Source of the DNA: Synechococcus elongatus PCC 6301
GTDB taxonomy: Bacteria > Cyanobacteriota > Cyanobacteriia > Synechococcales > Synechococcaceae
Length of the DNA stretch: 32,000 bases
Direction: 5' to 3'
NCBI RefSeq assembly: GCF_000010065.1
Contig: NC_006576.1
Coordinates: 1,590,001 to 1,622,000, forward strand
Position numbers and translations under genes: made by a program
Shown here: one piece after another, positions 26,372 through 32,000 of the stretch
Position numbering within the stretch: the stretch's first letter is position 1
How the letters are laid out: each line of letters starts with the position of its first letter
The notes under the pieces: generated by a model
What the model saw: only the letters and a program-made list of their open reading frames with translations
Databases searched by the model: none
What the model was told of the DNA's origin: nothing

Positions 26372-28705
26372 TTAGTCTTTAGCCAAACGACGTTCGATCG
26401 CCCCGCCCCAAGTCTGCTGGAGCTGATCGACGGAAAGCTGGACGAGGGGCTGGTTTCCAGCGGCGATCGCCAGTCCAGCATCGGCTTCAGTAACCGTGCC
26501 GATCGCTTGCCAAGCTGCCGGAATTTGTGCCTGTAGCTCGGCTTCCCAAACCGCGACATGTGCCGGATCGACGGAAACAAGGATCCGCGCACCGCCCTCG
26601 GCAAATAGCAACCAGTCGGGACGATGGCCAACCAGTTCACCCAGATTGACCCGAGCACCGAGGGAACCTGCGATCGCCGATTCCGCGATCGCCACAGCCA
26701 AGCCGCCTTCCGCACTGTCGTGGGCCGATCGAATCCAGCCTTGGTGAATGCCAAGACGACAGACCGCCTGCACCCGCCGCTCTAGATCAAAATCGATCCG
26801 AGGCGGCAGCCCCGCTACGGTTTGATGGGCGATCGCGAGATATTCACTCCCCCCCAAACTGAGGCGATCGTCAGCCGCTTGGGTTGGCAGACCAAGCAGA
26901 TAGAGGCGATCGCCAACGGATTGGAAACCCTGACCACAGACGCGATCGAGGTTGGGCACCAAGCCGACCATGCCGACCACCGGCGTCGGGTAAATCGGCT
27001 GGGGTTTCCCGTCTGAATCCAGCGTTTCGTTATAGAGCGAGACGTTGCCGCCCGTCACTGGCGTGGAAAATTCGCGGCAGGCTTCCGAGAGACCCCGACA
27101 AGCTTCCGCCAACTGCCAGTAGCCGATCGGCTTCTCAGGGCTACCGAAGTTGAGGTTATCGGTCACAGCTAGCGGCTCAGCACCAACACAGCTGAGGTTG
27201 CGGGCCGCCTCTGCAACCGCTGCTTTTGCCCCCTCGTAGGGCTGCAGGTAGCAGTAACGAGCATTGCAGTCGGTGGTGGCTGCCACACCCTTGTTGGAGG
27301 TTTTCAGCGCAGCAGCGCCCATCTGCGGTCGTAACCGCACCACAGCGGCATCTGCTGCCCCCGGCAAGACAACCGTGTTGTTCTGGACTTGGTGGTCGTA
27401 CTGGCGATAGACCCAGCGCTTAGAGGCGATCGTGGGGCTATCCAGCAGAGTCAGCAGCAAATCATTCCAACTGCGATCACCACAGCCAACTTCGGTAGCT
27501 GCCGGAAGCTGATCAATCGTCCACTGCCAAGCCTGTTGAGCGTAAGCAGGCGGTTCGTCGGGGAGTTGCCGGTGATAGATCGGCGTGTTGTCGGAGAGGG
27601 CAGTAGCGGGAATTTCCGCTGCGATCGCGCCTTGCCAGAAAATCCGCACGATCGGCTCAGCGATGATTTTGCCAGCGACGACCGCTTGCAGCCCCCAGCG
27701 ATGGAAGATGTCGATTAGCTCTTGCTCGCGACCAGCTGCAGCCACGAACAGCATCCGTTCCTGGGATTCCGAGAGCAGATACTCGTAGGGCACCATGCCG
27801 CTTTCGCGCACGGGAATCAGGTCCAGATCCAGCTCAACGCCGACACCACCTTTGGCCGCCATTTCTGCCGTGGAGCAGGTCAGCCCCGCCGCACCCATGT
27901 CCTGCGCAGCAACAACAGCACCTGTTTTGAACGCTTCTAAGCAAGCTTCAATCAGCGATTTTTCGAGGAAGGGATCACCAACCTGCACCGCGGGGCGATC
28001 ATCCAGCGATTCATCGCTCAGCTCAGCGCTGGCAAAGCTGGCCCCCCCCATGCCGTCGCGACCGGTTGTGGAGCCGACATACAGCACCGGATTACCAATG
28101 CCTGAAGCACCTGCTTTGACAATCTCGTCGGTTTCCATCAGCCCCAAGGCCATGGCATTCACCAAGGGATTGCCGTTGTAAGCCGGGTCAAAGGCGACTT
28201 CACCACCCACCGTCGGCACGCCGACGCAGTTGCCGTAGTGGCTAATTCCCGAGACCACGCCGTGGAACAGTCGCCGCGTTCGGGGTTGCTCGAGGTCGCC
28301 AAAGCGCAGGGAGTTGAGAATCGCGATCGGGCGAGCTCCCATCGTGAAAATATCGCGGAGAATACCGCCTACACCCGTTGCTGCCCCTTGGAACGGCTCT
28401 ACAGCAGAGGGGTGATTGTGAGACTCGACTTTGAAGGCCAGATGCAGTCCATCACCCAGATCGACAACACCGGCATTCTCACCAGGACCAACGAGGATAC
28501 GCAGGCCCTCTGTCGGAAATTGACTGAGCAGCGGTCGTGAGTTTTTGTAGCAACAATGCTCTGACCACATCACGCCGAACATTCCTAGCTCGGCTTTGTT
28601 GGGGTGCCGACCCAGTCGCTCGACGATCGCATCGTACTCCTCGGGTTTGATGCCCTCACCAGCAATTTCATCGGCCGAAAAAGGAGCAGAGGAGATCGCC
28701 GTCAT
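26372..28705 (-). CDS. purL: Phosphoribosylformylglycinamidine synthase subunit II
   Basis: 777 aa. Motifs: [39 protein letters not shown], and duplicated AIR-synthase-like domains. Confidence 0.95.
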   Translation of the reverse strand: MTAISSAPFSADEIAGEGIKPEEYDAIVERLGRHPNKAELGMFGVMWSEHCCYKNSRPLLSQFPTEGLRILVGPGENAGVVDLGDGLHLAFKVESHNHPSAVEPFQGAATGVGGILRDIFTMGARPIAILNSLRFGDLEQPRTRRLFHGVVSGISHYGNCVGVPTVGGEVAFDPAYNGNPLVNAMALGLMETDEIVKAGASGIGNPVLYVGSTTGRDGMGGASFASAELSDESLDDRPAVQVGDPFLEKSLIEACLEAFKTGAVVAAQDMGAAGLTCSTAEMAAKGGVGVELDLDLIPVRESGMVPYEYLLSESQERMLFVAAAGREQELIDIFHRWGLQAVVAGKIIAEPIVRIFWQGAIAAEIPATALSDNTPIYHRQLPDEPPAYAQQAWQWTIDQLPAATEVGCGDRSWNDLLLTLLDSPTIASKRWVYRQYDHQVQNNTVVLPGAADAAVVRLRPQMGAAALKTSNKGVAATTDCNARYCYLQPYEGAKAAVAEAARNLSCVGAEPLAVTDNLNFGSPEKPIGYWQLAEACRGLSEACREFSTPVTGGNVSLYNETLDSDGKPQPIYPTPVVGMVGLVPNLDRVCGQGFQSVGDRLYLLGLPTQAADDRLSLGGSEYLAIAHQTVAGLPPRIDFDLERRVQAVCRLGIHQGWIRSAHDSAEGGLAVAIAESAIAGSLGARVNLGELVGHRPDWLLFAEGGARILVSVDPAHVAVWEAELQAQIPAAWQAIGTVTEADAGLAIAAGNQPLVQLSVDQLQQTWGGAIERRLAKD

Positions 28706-28748
28706 GGCTTTGGAATTCCCGCAGAAGTCGTCCTTAATTGTATCGGCG

Positions 28749-29615
28749 TTAGACCCACGGGTCGTCGTCGTCCCAAGCCTCGGGCGGAATCAGGGGCTGT
28801 GCTGGCGGGGCGATCGCGGCTGATTTAGGGCGCAATTCCGGCAATGGCTGTAAAGCGGTCTCCGCCGCATCCCAATCTTCCTCATCCTCTGCGATCGCGG
28901 TGAGAGGCTGTGGGGTGGCATCCTCCCAATCCAAGGGCTGCTGGACTTGCTCCCGCACTTCTTGGACTTGCGCTAATACTTCCTGCGCTTGTTCCTTGAC
29001 CTTGCTGACTTGCAGCTTCAGCTCTTGCTTCCAGTGGCGCGCCCGCTGGCGTAGATCGCCCAACAGATGCCGATAGTCCGGTTCGGAACCAGCAACCGCT
29101 TCCGTCAATCCCGCTTCATAGACCGGCAGCGTTTCTGGATCGAGTTCCGCCACCAAAACCCGCGCTTGGCCATAGCTCAAGACCAGCTGCGGGTCGAGAT
29201 CCCAAAGCATGCCAGCCACACCCCGCCAACCGTGGGGGCTAACCAGATAGGCGCTGATGTAGCCCGTCTGACGATCGAAGCGGCAATCAACAATTTTGCC
29301 GACATGCAAACCGGCATCGGTCCAGACTTCGTGTTGGAGGAGTGATTCGAGGCGATCGACTTTCTCGGGATTGGCAGGCTGTGGCGCTGCTTCTAACACC
29401 ACGCTGTCATCGCCGAGGGCATGGAGTTGATCGAGCCGAAAGGCAGAAAACTCTCCACGAATGAGCCCTTGCTTGCAGAGAAACCCCAAAACGCGATGGG
29501 CTGGCGGATGCATCCAGACGCGATCGATGCGGCCATGTTCATCCGTGGTTTGGCGATCAAGAACTTGTCGATTGAGAAGGTCGCTAACCCGCAGTTCTTC
29601 AGGCTGGTCGGACAT
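28749..29615 (-). CDS. PRC-barrel domain protein (orf288) with a coiled-coil region and an acidic C-terminal tip
   Basis: Two PRC-barrel-like segments ([23 protein letters not shown]... and [34 protein letters not shown]). A coiled-coil stretch follows ([29 protein letters not shown]), and the C-terminus is [10 protein letters not shown] prefer the ATG at 29615 (288 aa) to the GTG at 29621. Confidence 0.75.
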   Translation of the reverse strand: MSDQPEELRVSDLLNRQVLDRQTTDEHGRIDRVWMHPPAHRVLGFLCKQGLIRGEFSAFRLDQLHALGDDSVVLEAAPQPANPEKVDRLESLLQHEVWTDAGLHVGKIVDCRFDRQTGYISAYLVSPHGWRGVAGMLWDLDPQLVLSYGQARVLVAELDPETLPVYEAGLTEAVAGSEPDYRHLLGDLRQRARHWKQELKLQVSKVKEQAQEVLAQVQEVREQVQQPLDWEDATPQPLTAIAEDEEDWDAAETALQPLPELRPKSAAIAPPAQPLIPPEAWDDDDPWV

Positions 29616-29645
29616 TGCCACGGTGAGAAAAAGGGGATCTCAACT

Positions 29646-30773
29646 CTAGCTGCGCAACTGAATCGGCATCACCAAGTAGGTGATTTTGACGGGTCCCAAC
29701 GGACTGAGCACGACAGGGCTGGTGTTGCTGTTGAGCTGAATCTGAATGTCCGTGGTGTTCAAGGCTTTCAGCCCTTCGGCGAGGTAGCGCACATTGAAGG
29801 CGATCTCCAAGGGTTCACCGATGATTTCAGCCGGCACGGCTTCTTGACCGCTTCCCACATCCTGTGCATCGACTGCTAAGGCTAGGCGATTGTTCTCCGG
29901 ATCAAGGGAAAGACGGATGGCGTTATTTTGCTGATCCGCCAACACTGCAATCCGCTCCAGCGCGGCCAGCAGGCGTTTGCGATCGACGGCAACGTTGCGA
30001 TTGAACTCCCGCGGAATCAGCTGCCCGTAGTTGGGATATTGGCCATCCAATGTCCGGCTCGTTAGGTACTGGTCGCCCCACTGGAAGACAGTCTGACCTT
30101 GGTCATGATAAAGCGCGATCGCCTCGTCACTGCCGCGAATCGCGATCATCCGCTCTAGGTCCCGTAAGGCCCGCGAAGGCACCGTCACAGCAAACTCAGT
30201 AGCTGGAGTTGCTGCGGCATTCTCGGTTTTAACCACAGCCAAGCGGTGACCGTCCGTCGCTGCAAACTCTAGGCCATCGGGTTGTACCTTGAGGTGGACG
30301 CCCGTCAGGATTTGCTTGGTTTCATCCCCACTAGTCGCAAACAGGGTGCCACGCAGCCCTTCGATCAAAGCGCTGGCGGAGAGTTGTAGAGCTTCTTGGC
30401 TCTGAACCAGAGGCAACTCAGGAAATTCATCGGCACTGATCCCCCGCATTTGGTACTGGCCAGACCCCACTGACAGAGTCGCCGCTGCATCGTTGTCTTC
30501 CAGCGTGACGTCGCTGTCGTTGGGGAGGCGCGAAACGATATCGTTGAGCAGCTTGGCCGGTAGAGTGATGGCACCGCTCCGTTCGACTTGCGCGGCAAAG
30601 CTGGTTTGAATTCCGAGGCTGAGATCAAAGGCGGTTAAGCTCAGTCGTTGAGTACCGGCATCAGCCGCTAGAAGCACGTTGGCAAGCACCGGATGATTCG
30701 GGCGGGAAGGTACAGCACGGCTAACGAGCGACAGACTGGTATTCAGTTCGTTTTGGCGACAGACCAACTTCAT
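29646..30773 (-). CDS. dnaN: DNA polymerase III beta subunit (sliding clamp)
   Basis: MKLVCRQNELNTSLSLVSRAVPSRPNHPVLANVLL is the canonical DnaN N-terminus, and the three-domain clamp pattern runs throughout. Upstream in-frame ATGs at 30818 and 30839 extend into the DnaA-box region and are less likely starts. Confidence 0.9.
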   Translation of the reverse strand: MKLVCRQNELNTSLSLVSRAVPSRPNHPVLANVLLAADAGTQRLSLTAFDLSLGIQTSFAAQVERSGAITLPAKLLNDIVSRLPNDSDVTLEDNDAAATLSVGSGQYQMRGISADEFPELPLVQSQEALQLSASALIEGLRGTLFATSGDETKQILTGVHLKVQPDGLEFAATDGHRLAVVKTENAAATPATEFAVTVPSRALRDLERMIAIRGSDEAIALYHDQGQTVFQWGDQYLTSRTLDGQYPNYGQLIPREFNRNVAVDRKRLLAALERIAVLADQQNNAIRLSLDPENNRLALAVDAQDVGSGQEAVPAEIIGEPLEIAFNVRYLAEGLKALNTTDIQIQLNSNTSPVVLSPLGPVKITYLVMPIQLRS

Positions 30774-30860
30774 GGGGGGAGGCTGCCCGAGCCTTTGATC
30801 GCAATCTTGCCAAAGCATCGTAGCACTGCTCTTCCACAAGGATTTTTGACGGTGCGATTA

Positions 30861-30907
30861 CTAGATCGGATCTCTTTTTTAATTTTTAGATCAGTAGTAG
30901 TAGGGGC
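30861..30907. other. Candidate DNA-unwinding element with DnaA-trio-like TAG repeats
   Basis: 20-nt tract at 30871-30890 with only 3 G/C (TCTCTTTTTTAATTTTTAGA). Non-HIP1 GATC sites lie at 30864, 30869 and 30889. TAGTAGTAG at 30895-30903 is followed by GGGC and then the first DnaA box. Confidence 0.5.
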
Positions 30908-30989
30908 TGTGGAAAATGTGGAAAAGATCCTGGAAAGCTTTCATAGCAAGACTTTCAGCGATCGACCCCTGTGGAAAAGCTGTGGAAAA
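30908..30989 (-). promoter_or_regulatory. Left DnaA-box array (4 perfect TGTGGAAAA on the + strand, so the boxes read on the - strand)
   Basis: TGTGGAAAA occurs at 30908-30916, 30917-30925, 30970-30978 and 30981-30989. Confidence 0.85.
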
Positions 30990-30999
30990 ACTAAGAGGG

Positions 31000-31094
31000 T
31001 TTTCCACAGGGGGGATCAAGGGGGGTTCCTTTCTCCACAGACTGAAGGGGTTTTCCACAAGAAATCCACAGGTTTTTCCACAGAGTTATCCACA
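31000..31094 (+). promoter_or_regulatory. Right DnaA-box array (6 boxes reading on the + strand)
   Basis: TTTTCCACA at 31000-31008, 31051-31059 and 31074-31082. TTCTCCACA at 31031-31039, AAATCCACA at 31062-31070, and TTATCCACA at 31086-31094. Confidence 0.85.
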
Positions 31095-31098
31095 GACT

Positions 31099-31737
31099 TT
31101 GCAGGCGATTATTTTTGATTTTGATGGAACTTTAGTAGATTCTCTGCCTACTGTAGTTGCAATCGCTAATGCTCATGCCCCGGATTTTGGTTATGACCCG
31201 ATCGATGAGCGTGACTATGCGCAACTGCGTCAGTGGTCTTCCCGCACGATCGTGCGGCGTGCGGGTCTGTCACCTTGGCAGCAGGCGCGGTTACTCCAAC
31301 GGGTGCAACGCCAGCTAGGGGATTGTCTACCGGCGCTGCAGCTCTTTCCTGGGGTTGCAGACCTCTTGGCTCAACTGCGATCGCGATCGCTCTGTCTTGG
31401 GATTCTTAGCTCCAACAGTCGGCAGAACATCGAAGCCTTTTTGCAACGACAAGGTCTGCGATCGCTGTTCTCTGTCGTTCAAGCTGGAACGCCCATTTTG
31501 AGTAAGCGTCGGGCTCTCAGTCAGTTGGTGGCTCGCGAGGGCTGGCAGCCAGCAGCTGTGATGTATGTCGGCGATGAAACCCGCGATGTGGAAGCTGCTC
31601 GTCAGGTGGGTCTGATTGCTGTGGCCGTGACTTGGGGCTTTAACGATCGCCAAAGCCTGGTCGCGGCCTGTCCTGATTGGCTACTAGAAACTCCCTCAGA
31701 CCTATTGCAAGCTGTGACGCAACTGATGCGACAGTAG
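31099..31737 (+). CDS. HAD-superfamily hydrolase, phosphoglycolate-phosphatase-like (subfamily IA)
   Basis: HAD motifs: I FDFDGTLVDS, II GILSSNS, III/IV K...YVGDETRDVEAA. The start is proposed at the in-frame TTG at 31099, giving MQAIIFDFDGT, the usual spacing before motif I. The 61 codons upstream in the track ORF consist of DnaA boxes. Confidence 0.75.
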   Translation: MQAIIFDFDGTLVDSLPTVVAIANAHAPDFGYDPIDERDYAQLRQWSSRTIVRRAGLSPWQQARLLQRVQRQLGDCLPALQLFPGVADLLAQLRSRSLCLGILSSNSRQNIEAFLQRQGLRSLFSVVQAGTPILSKRRALSQLVAREGWQPAAVMYVGDETRDVEAARQVGLIAVAVTWGFNDRQSLVAACPDWLLETPSDLLQAVTQLMRQ

Positions 31738-31795
31738 GGACGTTGTTGTGGGTGGTGCAGTAAATTGGGCAGGTTGGAAAATGACCAAAAGTTAA

Positions 31796-31824
31796 GTCCT
31801 GATCCTTGGTCAAAGAATCAGGAC
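31796..31824 (-). terminator. Hairpin downstream of thrC, possible terminator
   Basis: 8-bp stem: GTCCTGAT (31796-31803) pairs with ATCAGGAC (31817-31824), with a 13-nt loop. On the minus strand only a weak T-rich tail follows (TTAACTTTTGG). Confidence 0.3.
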
Positions 31825-31857
31825 AAAAAGGCGAAGGTTGCGTAGAAGAAATTGGAA

Positions 31858-32000
31858 TTAAAAGCCCATGGTGTGAGCCACGATATCTAAATCAGGCTCA
31901 ATTCCAGCTTTGAAACCTGTGTGGCTAAATTCGATCGCACTGCTGGGATCCTTGAGGCCATTACCAGTCAGAACGCAGACGATCGTAGCGCCGTCTGGGA
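31858..32000 (-). CDS. thrC: Threonine synthase, C-terminal fragment (gene continues beyond the right edge)
   Basis: My translation of the reverse strand gives PDGATIVCVLTGNGLKDPSSAIEFSHTGFKAGIEPDLDIVAHTMGF*. VCVLTGNGLKDP is the conserved C-terminal ThrC motif. The stop TAA is at 31860-31858. This ORF is not in the supplied track because it is shorter than 60 aa within the window. Confidence 0.7.
   Translation of the reverse strand, partial: PDGATIVCVLTGNGLKDPSSAIEFSHTGFKAGIEPDLDIVAHTMGF

Larger units (their letters stand above)
30830..31094. other. Chromosomal replication origin (oriC) DnaA-box cluster
   Basis: Eleven 9-mers match TTTTCCACA / TTATCCACA with at most 2 mismatches. They lie within 265 bp directly upstream of dnaN. 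Coordinates are listed in the findings. Confidence 0.85.

Noticed and set aside
30693-31118. 141-aa + strand ORF, plus the first 61 codons of ORF 30916-31737, both spanning the DnaA-box cluster.
   Set aside because: The open frame is a by-product of the repeated TGTGGAAAA/TTTTCCACA units. The peptide is repeat-derived, and the true HAD domain starts at about 31099.
1-32000. I searched for tRNA/rRNA genes, CRISPR arrays, IS elements with transposases or integrases, and long terminal inverted repeats.
   Set aside because: I saw no T-loop/acceptor-stem candidates, no regularly spaced 25-40-nt direct repeats, and no transposase-, integrase- or Cas-like ORFs. The only dense short repeat sets are HIP1 and the DnaA boxes. 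A covariance-model scan (tRNAscan/Infernal) would be needed to be certain about small RNAs.

Overview
This window reads as core cyanobacterial chromosome. The octamer GCGATCGC (HIP1) saturates it: I counted 13 copies in the first 1.6 kb by eye. The gene order thrC - HAD phosphatase - DnaA-box cluster - dnaN - orf288 - purL - purF matches what I recall for the replication-origin region of Synechococcus elongatus (PCC 7942/6301 lineage), here in reverse orientation. That assignment is recognition from memory, not a search result. I call about 36 protein genes, two of them partial at the window edges. They include a bioF-bioK-bioC-bioD biotin operon, an aldo/keto reductase, a DUF1400-type hydrolase, a CAX antiporter, a pentapeptide-repeat protein, cobK, ferredoxin-sulfite reductase, glyS, eda, rpsF, a DedA protein, argG, a permease, purF, purL and dnaN, plus several small hypothetical membrane or coiled-coil proteins. 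I found no rRNA, tRNA, CRISPR array, IS element or prophage. The outstanding non-coding element is oriC (30830-31094): eleven DnaA boxes in two opposed, helically phased arrays. It is flanked by an AT-rich stretch with non-HIP1 GATC sites and a TAGTAGTAG tract, a candidate unwinding element with DnaA-trio-like repeats. I did not find a convincing novel multi-gene system such as a defence island. The leads I consider most worth following are: (1) an SSB-tip-like DDDDPWV C-terminus on the PRC-barrel protein encoded just downstream of dnaN; (2) a ribbon-helix-helix-like tail on sulfite reductase; (3) a prolyl-hydroxylase-like oxygenase divergent from a Pro/Thr-rich (GGE)n lipoprotein; (4) a HIP1-depleted, AT-richer islet carrying an XRE-type regulator; (5) a three-gene module joined by ATGA overlaps (TM/coiled-coil, YtxH-like, DUF948-like). 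All product calls rest on motif recognition in the supplied translations. No database search was possible.
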